A stretch of DNA of 64,000 nt, taken from contig CAYVEC010000004.1 of assembly GCA_964450385.1 (NCBI GenBank), positions 22,148-86,147 on the forward strand, in the 5' to 3' direction. The position numbers and the translations under genes are program-made. Numbering within the stretch: the first letter of the stretch is position 1; each line of letters begins with the position of its first letter. The DNA is from an uncultured Planctomycetales bacterium (GTDB lineage: Bacteria; Omnitrophota; Gorgyraeia; Zapsychrales; JANLHA01). The notes below the pieces were generated by a model that made no database searches, was not told the origin of the DNA, and was given only the letters and a program-made list of their open reading frames with translations. This document shows, in pieces, positions 9,801-24,800 of the stretch.

Positions 9801-12800
9801 TCTTAATGAAGAGATTGAAGGTGTTTATTTTTCATCGGAAGACAGTGGTCCCGATGCTGTTGTAGAAGACTCTGTCGCCTGGGATAGGATTGAAAACCTT
9901 TCGAAAAATAGGGATGCCCTCCAGGGGCTGTTAAGCTTTTTCCCAGAAGGAGATGGTGATTTAATAAGCTTGAGTCAAAAAGGAGAGAGTGTTGAACAAA
10001 AGATTAATAAGTCAAAAGACGAAAGGGATAAGTTACAAGAAGCCTATGCCGCTTTCCGCTCAGGGATCGACACTCTTTTAACAGCAAACGCCCACACCCT
10101 GATCGCGATCGGAAGATATGAGCATCTGATCGGCGAGCTCGAGAAGGTCCAAAAGGGCCCGGTCAAGGTCCCCGAGGTCGAGGTGGCCGTCAGCAGCGAC
10201 GGGTCCAACCAGCTTTTTACTGCTGTAGGCACGATGAATGACGCGCTCGGCCTTGCCCCGGGCGAGACGCGGTTCTTGATCGTCCGTGAATTTTTGCCGG
10301 GCGAGGGCGGAAAACATCCTTTTGCCATGACGGCCTCGGCCTTTGCCCAGGGCGGTGTCACGTCGATCGGCGGGGCGTTCGACGCGCTCGCCGGCCGCGA
10401 CGCCTCGAAGGCCCGCGCCTTTATCGAACTGGTGCGTTTTCAGCAGAGCGGATATACGAATTTTTCTGGCCTCTGGAGACATACATTAAGCAAGGATGAC
10501 TTAGAGAAAATCAAAGCACAGCTTATCGCCTCAAACGGGAATATCAGCGCGGCGATGGCTGCGTTATTCGAAGGGAGCCCGGAGGTGATGGCCCGGCTTT
10601 CCGGCGGGGCCGCGAGGGAGAGTCCGGCTCAGGCCGTGCGCGCGGATGCTCTGTTAACATGGGCGCGTCCCGGCAGTTCAACGGTCGCGGATATTGAGGG
10701 GCTGAGCCAGCCGTTTGGCCGCCGGCCTTCGATGTATCTGGCCCGCGAGACAGTTGATGGGGGCGACGTTTCCTTAAATAATGGGTGGCTTGGATACCGG
10801 ACGCGCGGGATCGGCTCGATCGTTGATGTCCAGGGCGACCAGGCGGCTCTCTATACAGCGAAGAAGGATGATGTCATTAACGGCCACCAGGCGACCATCG
10901 TCTCGACGGAAAAAGGTGTCGAGGCGGGAGCCGGCACGATCCTACGTTTTGGGGAGGCCGGCGGCTGGGCCCCAGGCATGGCCGACACCTGGCTTCAACA
11001 TGCGGTCGTGGCGCAGGACGGGCTGACGACGGTATTTAGTCCGCTCATGGGTCAGAAGATCAGCCTTCTCCATGCCGGGATCTTTGACTGGGAGTATACG
11101 AGGACGGGGAAGGATGCGAATGGTAAGCAGCTCGCTCATAGGGCCACGGGCAAGGTCTTTGAGATCGCGGAGCGTGAGGCCTCAGGGCCGTTCGCTTTTT
11201 CGACCGAGATTTATACAGATAAAGAAGGGAATATCCGCACTCGCTCGACGTCGGATTTTGATCAGGCAGGGATCTCCCTTGTTCCAGGCCGGCAGGCCGC
11301 CTTCGGCTTTGATGGAGAGATCGTCTCCACATTTACGGGCGAGGACGCATTGCCTAAGGAACAAACGTATCGCCTGGAATCATTTGTTGGGTATGATCCG
11401 AAGGGGGCGCTGCGGGCGGGGCTGTTTAATGCTCAAGGCGAGTTTTTGCGCCATAGTGAGAAGGCAGATTCTCCGAAAGCGGCGAAGGAACAGGCCTCGC
11501 GTGAGTTTCTGGTTCCGGTCGAGACCACGTTCGGGCGGCCAACCGGGGTCTCTCAAGAGACAGCGAGTTTGATCTTTAACGCGTTACCGACCGGGATCAC
11601 GGGGGCACGCACGGTTGTTGTTCGCGCGGCAGGCAAGGATCGTCTGCTCGGCCAGGACGTTCTGCTCGTTGACGAGGGGTCTGGTCAGGTAGCGATGCTT
11701 GTCGATCAGGAGAAGCTCGGCCAGCCGGATCTTTTGGTAGCGGCTGCCCGCAGTAATACAAGGATTTTATCCGTTGCGGAGTATGAACAATCCGTCCCGC
11801 GTCAATCGCCCGGAGCTGCGGCTGAGGCGGCAGGGCCGGATCCGAGCGCGCCTACTCCACAGCAGGTTGTGGTTGTGACCGGTCCCGCGGCCGGGACCGC
11901 AACGATCGAGACGCCCGACGGGACCGTCACGCGCGATCTGGCGATGGTGGATCTCGCCCGAGGAGGGGCGACGTATGAGTTAATCGTGTCTGGAAAAAAT
12001 CAAGAAGATTCAAGCAGCTATCTCACGACAAATCTCACGCCCACCATGCTCGTGTATGCTATGAGCCCCGTTGAAGCAGGGTTCCATTCCGTGCAGGCCC
12101 AGTTCGAGATGAATAATAGCCGATATATTTATCTTCCAGAGGCGGTGGATCGGTTGACGGCGTCTGGGTGGCGTTTGTCGAACAACATCGAGCCGGTCCG
12201 TTCGCCGCTCGATCCTTTGAACGAGTCCCTTGCAAATTCCCAGAGCCAATCTCTCCTGAGCGGGATCATCGATCTGCGCGACGGTCAAACGCGGCTGGCC
12301 CCAGGGTCGCTCGTCCTTAATGAGAACGTCACGGTGAAGATGAACCAACGAGAGGGTTGGCCTTTAGGGAATTGGTTGACATTTGCGGAGCAACAAGGGC
12401 AGACGATTACGACGCGTGAGTATATCGGTCCGAGCGGCAGGCCGGAATTTATTCTTTCCCTTGACGCAAAGACAACGAGTGTTGAAAAGAGTATCTCTGA
12501 TTGGTGGACGGGTCCGACGGAGCCGATGATCGACAAACATGTTTCGCTCGTTTCAGAGAGGGACGTGATGCTGCGTGACGGCGATGGTGACATCGCGATT
12601 AACGGCGCGATTGTTAGCGGCACGGTCCATCGTTTTATCCATCCGGATCAGGCCCTTGCTGATGGCGCGAGCCGAGATTTTGTTTTCATCAGCGGGGGGC
12701 CGGGGTATCGCCACCGCCTGGCCGAGGCAACCGTGCCGTTAGACTGGGCGTATATTCGTAACGTGGCGAATCCCGGGGAAGGTTCGGACGCGCCGGAGGC

Positions 12801-15800
12801 CAAGAAGCTGGCCGAGAAGCCGTGGTCGTTGCGTCCCTTGTTCGGCGGCGCTCCGGATGTGGCGGATATCACCCGCTACGATGAGACGGCAAAGACCGTT
12901 GACCTCACGGGTCAGGTCGGTTTCGGGTTTGGTCAGCGCGTGGAAGGCGACCAGATCGCCCTCACCTTTGATCCCGGGCCTCGGCCGTTTGAGGTGCCGG
13001 GGTCAGCCTACACCGTGAAGGTCGGCGAGGCGGCCTTTATCAAAAACGAAGTAAAGATTATTCGAAATCCGAATGGGACCGAGGATTATGTCAATCAGTT
13101 AAGGGAGGCAGGAGATCAGGATCCGACGCGAATGGTTCGCGATGTCACCGGCGGGGTTCCGATTGCCGGGATGAGGGTTGTTGACGCGAGTAAGGTCCTT
13201 GGTCAGGGCGCGAGCGTGATCGACGTGAATCACCTCGGCCGGGTCGAGGTCCGTGACGGGAGTGTCGGGTATTTTCTGCCGCTCGGCGTTGATCAGGTGA
13301 AGATCGCGGGGACCATCGAGAATCAGCGGATCGATCGGGCGTTCTTGCTGACTCGTCCATTAAATATTGAAGCGATGCCGGTCACGAATAGTTTCTTGGT
13401 GCCGGTTCATGAATTTTTAAACGATGACACGATGGCGATGCGGGTTCGGGATCTTGCCGGCCGGATTGATCCATATCGTATTCGACATGACGATAAGGGA
13501 CTTGTCGCGCTGGTATATTCAGACCCGGAGATCACGAATAGCGATGAGCGCGTGGTTCGGAACCGCTTGTCCGCTGGTTGGGCGGGAGAGCCCGGCGACT
13601 GGATCGGCGGCGGCGTGTATGAGGCCCTGATCGACATTGAGCCGAGCGCCTCGCTCGGCGGCGGCCGTGTTGACCGCATCGCGGATATGCCGCTTAAGGT
13701 TCAGGCGATTGATGCAGCTAAGGTCACAGCGTATCAGCAGAAACCCGCGGGCGATGGCCCTGCGCCGCAATCAACAGATCTTGAGACCCTGGCCGTGATC
13801 GGCACTCTGACCGACGAGCAGAAGGCCCAGGTCGAGGACCAGCTTTATAAGAACTTGCGGGCTGCTGCTATCGCGAAGCGGGTGGATGCGGCACTAGCAA
13901 CAATCAAGGATCCCACGGACGCCGAGAAGAAAAGTATTCTTGAAAAAGAGACGGCCAACGTTCAGAACGATTCGACATTGATCGCTGAGTTAAAGAGCCA
14001 GGCTGACGCCGAGGCCGCACGATATAGCGCGATCCGGGCAACGCCGGGGAGCGCGGTCACGCTCCAGACGGCTTATGGTACAGGCAGTATCCTAGAGGGC
14101 GCGATGATCAATCTGTTCGCCCGGTATAGTGTGCCAGAGCTTGTTGAAAAAACAGGCATGTCAGCTAATGTGGCTGCGCAGCTCAAGGCGCATCTCAATG
14201 AGGTTGTCAAGAAGAACGGACAGATCAGTCAGTATGCGACATTTAAAGATTTTGCTGATGAGGTGCTTGGTCGAGGCCGGGATGCCGGGCTGGGCGAGAG
14301 CCGCTTGCTGGACGATCAGGTCGCGCGAATCCAGGCAGCGACGCGCGAGCTTATTCCGTCAGAGGCCGGGGTGGTTCTCCTGCCGGCGGCGGACACCCAG
14401 GAGGGATCGGCGTTTGAGGGCCGCACGAATCCGTTTGGCCCGATGGTCATGTCCGAGCCGGAGGGAAGCCTTCTTTTGTTGGGCAGGGACGTTGCCGGCG
14501 TTGATAGCGGGGTCCAGTCGGCATGGACACACGGCACAGGGGACACAAAATTTGAGATCGCGTCGAGCACCTTCCGCGGCTCCGACGGCGCGGCAACGGG
14601 TCTGTATTACTATACAGAGGAAGGCCAGAAGGCGCCGAGCGCGCATATTTTTAATAACACGAATCAATTTGTCTGGTTTTATAACGCGAAGGGCGAGGGG
14701 ATTCCGGCCCGGGTCAAGGCCATGGACCGGCCGGATATGAAGATGACGGTGCAGGATGCGGTGCTCACGATCTTGGCCGGGCAGGACAGCGGTTATGATG
14801 ATCCTTCGAAGGGCATGAGGCTCGGCGATGAGCGGCAGCGCGGATGGCTCATCCAACTCCTTCCGGAAATTTTCGCTCGGTATTCAAGCGACAATGAATT
14901 TATAACGGCGATGAAAAAACTGGGGATCGCTCAGGATGCCGCCGGAGATTTGTGGAAGGTCCGTTCTGCTGTTTCAGCCGCAACCAGCGGACCAGATGAC
15001 GCCGGGACATTTGTGTGGATATCCGACACTCAAGCGCCAATTATAGCGACCACCCATGTGGATCGGACCATTGAGGCCCGGAAGATCTTTGACGGATTGG
15101 ATCCGAATCAGCAGAGGGCCCTTGTTGATGCCCTTATTCCTGTTTATGCCCGTTATCTGGCACCCGGGAAAGGGCTTGATGAGACGTTCGATCCGGTCGC
15201 GGTTCTGTCAGGGGAGAATCCGGATGAGATCGGGAGCCTGGGGCTTGCGCAGTTCACAGGATTAGGCCGCGCCCGGCCGAACGCCATGATCACCGACGGC
15301 ATCAGCCATGTCATGCCGATCGTCGAGGGCGGGACGCTCTCGGGCATTCAGACACCGTTTGATCGTTTTGCCGTTGATGCCACGATCCGAACTGGGGACG
15401 GTTCGTTGGCGGCCCGCGCAAGGGAGATTAAGGTTTTTGAGGATGGCAGATGGGGGCTGACCTTCCGCGCAGGGGTCGATGGGAAGCCTGCCCAGATCCA
15501 GGTCCCGGTGAATAACGCGATACGAGCCGCGATGCTTGATCCTTTGATGCTGGTTGCCGATAGTTCAGATTATTTTACCGAAGACGGCCCCGGCGGTGCT
15601 TCGAGGAGTGGGTTTGTTGAATCAACGGCCAGACCGTATGAAATTTTAAATAATGGTCAGGGTCCGTGGCGTCTTGAGCTGGGCAGGGCCCATGGTGTGG
15701 TTTCGGAACTGACGCTGTTGTTCGGCGGGATCGGCGCGAATGGCGAGGTGACGTTGTCCTCAACGCTCGGCATGGTCGGCCGGCATTGGGTTCATGTGGA

Positions 15801-18800
15801 GGGTCAAAAAACGGCCCAGGCCCGAGCCGCAGAGACATTGCTCAATTATATGCAAGCGGTTGGCGCCTTTGGAAAGTATCGCGAAAACGGTCAGACGGCG
15901 TGGTTTGTCGGCAACCTTCCGGATACAGCGCGCATGGTTGAGCAGCTGCGCGGGGGGGAGAGCGTCAGAGGCAGTGACGGCAGATCGATCGATCCGTCTA
16001 AAAATGAGACGTTTGTCGCCGGGCCAGGGGGCGTTTTTTATCTCATGGATCCGCGCTCCGCTGAAAAGGGCGCGAAGGGATATGATCCTAAAAAGCATCT
16101 TGTCTTTGGCGACCGGTATGTGGATTTCAATGTTGACGGGAAACCCGGCCGGATCCTTTTGTCAGATCTTGGCCGCGGAGAGACAGACAAGGCCGAGGTG
16201 AAGGTCGTCCTCCGCTCGGGCCAGGGAGAGGCGGTCGGTTTTGTGCCGTTAAAGCGCTTTAATTTGATGAGCCGGTCGTTGGATGATTTTTTTAGTTTCA
16301 GCATGTTTTTTACTCCGGCCTTAGTATGGAGGTCCACCAAATCCGCCCTTCGTTCGTTTAGTCGGATTTCGTCGACAGCAGTGAACGAACATGGGGTTCC
16401 GGTCTTTGAGGCAAAAAGCGTTCTGGGGCATGAATTTTTTGTGGGCGGGAAGAAAGAATTGCTCCGCGGGGATTTTAAGGAAACGGCCTTAACCACAGGG
16501 GCTTCGTTTGCTCAGACATCCGCGGGCAAGGTGGTTGGGCTTGACGCGATTGATGTCTTGTTCGCCGAACCGATTTCGGCAAGGGATTTTGCGAATGCTT
16601 CTGACAAGCTGGGATTTTTTAGCAAGATCGGGCGCTTTGTCACCGGTCGTCAGGAGTCATCGGTCATGATGCAGAATTCTGACGGATCGGTATCATTCTA
16701 TAGGGCGGGGCATCAGACGAGCCGGATCGGAAGGGAACCCGAGGCGGGAGAATTTTTTAGCGATGCGGGTTTGTATCACGGCGACATTAAGAGACGGACG
16801 AATTATAATTTGGGTCTGTTAACCGGGATCGTTGACGGATTTGACGGGAACCAACGGACCGATGACGTCATTGTGGCAAGTGGTGGGTGGATCCGTCAGA
16901 TCGATTTTGATCCGGATCAGATGGGCGCCCTGTTTACGCGCGGGAAGACCGATGCGGAGGGCCGCGTTGTTGTGCCGCGCGGGCTGTGGGCCTCGGCCAA
17001 TTCGTGGGCGGCGACTGGCCGGACCCTGAATACCTTTAGCTATGTTCAGGGGGCAGGCGATGCGGTTAGTTGGGCGCTGATTGTTACGGGAATCGGCGCG
17101 GCCGTTGTTAAAGGGGTGGTCAAGGCAGGGGCGCATGCGGGTTCCAAAGTGATCATTAAAGAGATTACCAAGCAGTGGGTCTCGTATTATGGCCGGGAGA
17201 CCTTGCGGCAGCGTGCGGTTTTGACCGGGATCAATGTTGCCTTGACTGGATTTATGTCAGGCGGACAAGCTGATCTTTCAGATTATGCCGAGGCGGCATT
17301 TTTTACCGCCGCGGTGCCGTATAATTTTGTGCGGTCGGATAGTATTTCAGCGTTGATGTCCAGGGCGAAGTCTGCGCTGCGGTCGGTTCCTCTTCGGGTT
17401 GGCCCGACCACGGCAAAAGTGATTGGCGGCGTCGGAGCGGCTGCGGGCCTCGGTGTCGGCGCGTATATGTTGAAGGACGGGGTTCAGGGATGGGCTTGGC
17501 AGAGGGAAGGGGATGGTTCGGCGGGTCGTGGCTTATTGGGCTGGTATGACGGGAATAAGAAATGGATTGTTCCGGTCGCCTTTGGGCTGACCGCCTTCGT
17601 CGGCGTTAAAGGCGTTCAGTCGGCGATAGCGTCTGGGGCCTCTGGTCGTCAGACGGCTCTTCTTCTTTTGGGGTCGGCGGCTGCGGCAGGGATCGCCCTT
17701 CACCAGATGCGTAACGATTCCATGATCCAGATGTCCTCTTCGGGGGCCATGGTGGCTGCCCTTGTGATGGCAGCAGGGGGTCCCTTGTGGAAGGGTGTTG
17801 CGGGTTTTGCGGGCAGAGCGGCTCAAGCGGCGACAACAACGGCGGGCAGGAGAGCTGCGGTGGGGATCGGTGTTGGTCTTGCGGGGACTGGGGCTGCTGG
17901 TGTTTTGATTAATAGATACAATGATCGGCCCTGGTATGACGGTGATGGATTGGCCTGGGGGGTTGTCGGAACGGTCGGAGCCGCGTCGCTGATCGGGTTG
18001 TCCGTTCTTGCGGGCGCGGGGGGCCGGACAGCTCCGCGGTCGTTGCTGGCCATGGCCCGCCGGACAACGACGCTGGGGCGTGTCTTGGCGGTGGGCGGCG
18101 GAGTGGGCGGCACAGCGGTTCTCGTGAATAAACTTCAAGGCCGTTCAGCCTTTGATGTTGCCGGACTTAAGATGGCGGGCGGCGCTGCCATCGCTGGGAT
18201 CATGATTGGGGCGACGCATCGTTTCGCCCCGATGGCCTATCGCCAGTTAACGAGGCCGGGGATTCTGCTTCCCCTGACTCAGATGTCGGTCTTCCAAAAT
18301 ACAATTGATGCCCATTATGGCCTGGATCCCGAGAGCGCCTCATGGACGAGGAACGTGTTCCGGACGATTTTTTTGGCCCCTGGCCGCGGGTACATCAATG
18401 CGGTATCGTTCCATCATTATAAAGACGATGTTCGAAACTTTTTCGCCGGCCGCACCGCGGGTGAGCAGCGGATGATTATCTCGCAGGCTGAAGATCGTTT
18501 TGGCCGGTTATTAGCTAGCGGCGTTGTGTATCCGATCGCTTATGGGCGCGCGATGGTGAGCGCCCTCACAGGTTCATGGCAGGCGGACACGATCCTTTCT
18601 CCGTGGAACACAGTGAAGGCGGTGCTCGATCCGTTGCGTATCCCTGAAAAGGGGGCCAAGGCGCAGATGGATCAGGACGAATCGTTCACCTTGGCGCATG
18701 GCACATGGCTGATCGCGAGTCTGCTCGGGGCCAGGGCTGGTTTTCGAGGATTTAAATCGGGGTCAGGCGCCACGGCTGATCCAGGGTTTTGGGCAAGGAC

Positions 18801-21800
18801 TCAGTCCGGAGCGTCGACGATGATGTGGAATACGGCGCTTAATATTGCTGGGCCAAGCCTTTTTGGAGGCAACAATTCTGAATCGGTGCTCGACCGCGTT
18901 AAGGCCTCTTCGTATCAGGTTGATACGATCGCCCGCGGGGCGTTCCTCATGAGCATGACCGCAGGCCTGATGAGGGGAGCGATGAAAAAAGTTCACCTCG
19001 AGATGGCTCCTGCTCACCAGACACGGGTAGGCATCGGCCTAGTATTAGGCGGCCCAGCAGCACATGTGGCAGGTGCGGCGTGGAGCGAGGGCCTTGATGC
19101 CGAGAGTAATCCCCGGATGAAGATCGTCGCAAATACGGTGTCAAATTTGGGGACCTTAGCCTTTGGTCTGGGCGCCCTTGTTCTCCTCAAACGGTTCAAC
19201 CCCGAGGGATGGGTCAAGGCATACAACGCGCATACAGTGTCCGCTCGCTGGGATGCGTACGGAACATTAAAGGCCGACTTGGTGATGGCCTTTGGGGTGA
19301 AGCCGGCGGCCGCGATCGTGGGCAACGGGCTGGGGATGTTGGGCGCGGGCTCACTTGTCTATGGGGGCAAACGGCTCTTCGGGGATCTTGTTTTGAACGA
19401 ACTCGATGCGTACCGGGACCGTACGCAACGGACATTGCAGGATAGGGTCCGGGACACCACGCCGTATTTATTATTTCCGCGGAGTCTGCCAGACGGTCGT
19501 CAGATTGAGATCCGTTCTCTGGCCGGACGGTTAAAAGAACGGGATCCTTTACTTACCCAATTAAACGGAAGAGAACTGTCGGAATTTTCTGAGGACGATC
19601 AGGACATGGATCAATTGCGCCAGGAGGCTCGCAAGGCCCTTGGTGATGCAGTGTCAAAATATAATATTAGCGAGATCGAGCATGATGGTTTGATCGAACT
19701 GATCTTGACCCGACGGGTGGATGCTTTTATTGAGAAGCACGGCGTTAACGGCGAGTATCTCGTGAGCGGGCCGGACGATTCATATATCGTGGCACGCGAT
19801 CCAAAGACAGAAAGCTATTACCGAGCTGAAGAATATGCCGCCACTGATCGCGCGAATTTTGTTCTTAATGCGGCGCTGGTGGCCTCTCTCTTTAAGATGG
19901 CGCATCATGCGAGACAGCAGATGGCTGTTTTAAATGCGAATCCTAATGCTGCTGTGGGGGCGGGCAAGACGCTGCTTAAGACCTTGGGGCAATCTATTGA
20001 CGGAATGGGCGCGACTTATGAATCGGCTAAGGCGAATCCAGCGTTAATGAGCTTAAAATGGGCGGCGGCAGGCACCGCGGCCGCGGGATTAGGTTATGCG
20101 GTTGACGCGTGGGATCAACGCGATGGGACGACGAGCCAGACAGCGCAGAGATGGGCCGATGCCTTAAAAACAGGCGGGCTTGGTATGGTTGCCATTGGCG
20201 GGGGTGTTGCGGCAGGAGGGCTTGTTGATTCTTGGATGAAGCCCGGGACCTTAAGCGTTGCAGGGATCCTGCACGCGCTGCCTGTAGCCACAGGACGGAT
20301 GGCCGCGAGCTCGGTCAGCAATATTTTCTTTGTTATGACCCCGCTCTCCGGCGCCCTGGAGGTTGTCTCGATGGCGGCCAAGGTAGGGGCTCGTACCGGC
20401 GGGTCATCACTTGAGAGGAATTTTCATAATGCGACCACCGCCGCGTTTTGGGATAACACTCAGGTCTGGAGTGATGTCTCGCAAAAGATGGTTGATATGT
20501 CTGCCTTAAAGTATCAGGGGGCGAAGAGTTCTCTCGAGGTTGTTCTCCGTTCGTTTTCGAACGGGCTTTTTGGTGTTTATGAAAACGGGCCGCGGCGCGG
20601 GCAATTGAAGGTAACATCTTGGGCTGAGATGCCGAAGACCCTTCAGGAATTTCTGCCGTTACCGGCGTGGCTCGGCGGGGCGAAGTCTGAAGACTATAAA
20701 GGGATTCAGGGGCAGATGATCGGATTTTCTGTGTCGTTGGCCCTCTTGCGTGGCGCCACTCCGGTCCTGCAGAATATCAAGGCCGGTAATTTCGGCCGGT
20801 GGTTCCAGTCGATGAACCATGCCTTTGATAAGACATTTGAACTTGATCTTTTTAGACTCCCGGTCCGGCCGAACGCTTCGATATGGAGGAAAAGCGCATC
20901 GGAGGTAACAGGGTGGACCTATCGGATGCTTAGCGGGTCCATTGAGGAGATTGGAGAGCAATTCGCTCAGGTTGGGTTGATGCTGACGCCGATCGGTTAT
21001 GTGAGCCCGATCCTTCAGCAGTTTGGAGTTTCGGCCCCGAGTGCACGCGCCTTTGCGGAGCAATTTAATGAGGTCGTGCAGGAGATCGTTTTGAGCGGGA
21101 ACGCCATGGGGATTCGAAACGCCCGGTACAATATCGTGCCGGTGCTTGATGAGATGTTGAAGCCGGGGGCTACTGAGCCGACAATTCGGAAGAGCCTTGA
21201 GGGGTTAATTCCGCAGGCCCAGGCCGCCGGAGGTTCGTCCGGCGCAGCGGCGCCCGGGAGCTCACCCGGAGGCCAGGGCGCTTCGCCATCTCCTGTGGCA
21301 CCTCAAGAAACAGCGAGCGCCACTGGCCCATCCGTGGCAGGCGGCACAGCGCCGATCACGGCCGAGGACGTGCCGTTTATTCTTCAGGCGTACGAGGACG
21401 CTGGATTTTTAACTAAGGACGGGCTGACCGTCGAGGGGCGGGTGATCTTAACAGCGGCTCGGCAGATCGCGCAGAGAGCAGAAGGTTCATCTGATGGCGC
21501 TGTAAGCGGTCAGGAGTCTGCGGTGCGGGAGGTCTTGACGGCTGCAAAAGCAGCAGCGGCAGAGGACCGAGAGGAAACCCTTAAAAAATTGAAGGCAGTA
21601 GCAGCCTTTTTTTCAAACAGCGCTTCTCAGCTCAAGCGGATAAAGGCGAAGATCAAGGATGTGGAGAAGGCCAAGGTCGATGAAGATCGGCGTTTTGATG
21701 AGCTGATCAAGAATGCGGACGATATGATGATTACTGAGGCCGCGTCGCTGATCCTTCAATGGGGCGCCGGTCGCGGCCGAGATTCATCGATGGCCCGGTT

Positions 21801-24800
21801 GTCACAGGGCCTCCTCACCCGAGGCGGATTGTCATCGGGCTCGTTTATCGGGATGCCTTTTGGTTATATGGCAGCCATGATCAGAGAAGGAGCGTTCGGT
21901 AAAGGGCTTAAGACGGCGGAGCTTGAAGGCACGATGTCAGATAGCGGCACGAGGCGGCGATTTGGACAGCTACGGCCGGCAGGTCAATCTTGGTTGGCGG
22001 AACATTTCTTAAATCCTGATCGGACCAGGTCTGAGGAGGATACGCTTGACATGCAGATTGTTGATTTGGCCGGGCGAGATCGAGACGCTAAAGCAGTGTC
22101 GGCCACGGCTGCGGCAGCGCCGGCGGCGTCTAATCCGTTTGACGCTGTTGATGGCGTGGCGTTTTCGGGAGGCCATCAGGATTCTGTTGCGGCCCGGCAG
22201 GGCTTTGATTATGTGCGAGCCCATCATCAGGAGGCCGTGGAGGTCGGGGCTTATTATCAAGATCGAGGCGCCACACATCAGGCGACGGTTGATAGCAAGA
22301 GCGGGCGTTTTATCGGTGTTGACGGGCAGGTCCTGGATCCGGCACGAGTGACGGTTATTTATACGCTTGGCGGAATGCGTGAGGAGATGCGTGGTGATGA
22401 GGGCACGTCGGAGACAGTGGGACTGGGCGTTGGAGGGATCGATCGGGAGACGGGGCACATGGTGGTTGTTCTTGACCGGTCCGTTGCTTTTGATACGCAG
22501 AATCCGTTTGATAACAGCGTCGTCAATCAGGTGGTTCGTCATGAGCGGAATGAGATTGCTCGTATCCGTCGGGCAGAACAGCGGGTGGGGCACGCTGAGG
22601 CCGGGACGCCTGCGGCTCAACTGGCCCATGAGAATGCTGTCCCGCTTGATGGGCAGGCTGTTGCTGCGATTCAGGCCAGAACAATTGCGGCGTCGGAGCC
22701 GGAGCTCGGCGCGGCCCAGATCGCATTGCGCCTGATGAAGACGTCCGGGATATCGTTTGGGGAGGCGCTGGGGCATGCTCAAAGCGCTAAGGGCAGCGTC
22801 GGAGGCCGGCCTTTAATGGGCAGCGAGGCCTCTGGCGGTGAGACGCAGGGCGCAGCGGTATCGGGAGAGGCCAGGGAACAGGTTTCATCCGTTGGTTTGG
22901 GTAATGTCACCTTGGTTGCTGCGTCAGGCGGGCAAAAGGGCGCAGGCTCTTCGGGGGAATCGGCGTCGCAGGGGAGTCGACAGTTAAGTGAAGACCTTGC
23001 CAGGGTAAAAGAGAATCTTCGTGTGTCTCGGCAAGAGTTGCGCCGAGTTCCTTTTGCACATATCAAAGAGATTGTAACATTGAAAGGCCTGCGGAACATG
23101 AGGGCCGATAAGGCTCGTTGGAAGCGTGTGATAGCCCAGCTTGAGCGCGAGGCGCAACGATTACAAACCCCGGTGGAGACGAAGGCTGAAATGCCTCCTA
23201 CACCGGCTGTGCCGTCTGAAATGAAGACTGTTGAAGTGCCTGCCCCGGCCGAGGCGAAGGTTCCGGCCCCGGCGGCCCAAGCTCCGTCGCTGAGCACAGC
23301 CCTGTCACTTGAAGACTACTTGACCTTGGATCGATCAGGATCCTTAGGCCCCCAGACGGCCGCTTCCTTAAAGATTTTAGGCAAGGATCCAACATTGGTA
23401 GGTAGGACGATAAGGCACAAGGTTGAACGAGGAGATTCTGTTCATGACATCATGGATTCGCTGAATCGAATCACCGAAGGACTGTTGCTTCAGTCAGAAA
23501 TCGATCATATTCGAGCATATGTCCAGAATCTCGTGGCGCTTCAAACGAAGGGAAGGCAATCTACGTCGGCTTCTTCAACTGAAGCTGTTTCTGTCGCTGT
23601 TGAGAAGGCTCAGCCTGAGGTGGGACACGTTGCGGTGGCCCCTGCCGATGTGAAGGTTCAGGTTCCGGCGACGGAGGCTCCAGCTCCTGTTGAAGCGGCT
23701 CCAGCGCCTGTTGTTCCACAATCACCGGCACCTGTGGGTTCGGGTCGAACGGCTGTTCAGGCTTCTCAAGGAGAGGAACGATCGAAAAGGTCTGCAGCCG
23801 TTGAAAAGTATTTTGATCCGGGCGTTGTAAAGGAGGTTTCATCTGCACAGAAGGATGTTTTGACGCGCGCGAGAGCGGATTTGGATGCCTGGGAGTCGGG
23901 CCAAGCGGGCAAGGATCCTCAAGAGGCGTACTCGGTGCTGATGAATCTGCCACAAGAAGAGATCTCGGACTCTTCATGGAATATCGCCTTGGATTCGGCG
24001 CGTACACGCGCGAGGCGTTTGAGTGAAATGGATTTTGTTACTCATGGGGTTCGTGAGGTGACGGTTAAGGTCAAGGTTCAGCCAACAAAACCGGGCCAGG
24101 AAGCGAGCCACCAACCGCGCACGGTCATTATTAATAATAATGATCAAGAGCAGGAGATTTCAATCGGCAATGATCGACATATCGTGCTTCGCGCCAATGA
24201 GGCGATCCTTTTAGATGCCGATCGTCGAGGCGGATTGGTGTTTGCGTTTGATCGAAAAGATCGTGGGAAGATAGAGACGCGGATTCTTGATATTGCGAAT
24301 CGGACTTCAGATGGAGTCGTGGCCCGATTGGATTGGTCTGAGACGGACCAGGCGGCACAGCGGGCTGAGGTCACAGGTGGCAGCTGGACGAGACAGGTCT
24401 CGGCAGGATGGACGATAGAAAAAGATGCAAATGATCAGGTCACCGATGTTCGCGATGTGGTGTTGAGGCGAACGGTTTCCGTATCCCAAGGCGCGCGCGC
24501 AGAAACGATAGAGACGGGCGATGTGAACGGGTTTGCTCAATTATGGCGGTTCCTTAGGATCATGGCTGCGCCGTCGAGTTTGCAACCAGCACAGGCAGAG
24601 AAGCGCGACCGCGTGCTGAATTGGCTTGCGGAGGATGCGGCGCGCGCCGAGGCGTGGGTGCGAAGAACCGTACCGGCCGCGGTCGGGGATTATTTAGAGA
24701 TGGAGTATGGCAGTACCTGGGCGAGAGATGTTGGGCGTGTCCATGATCATCAGACAGCAACGAGGCTTTTTGCTGCGCTGAATGAGGCCTTGGCTAAGGC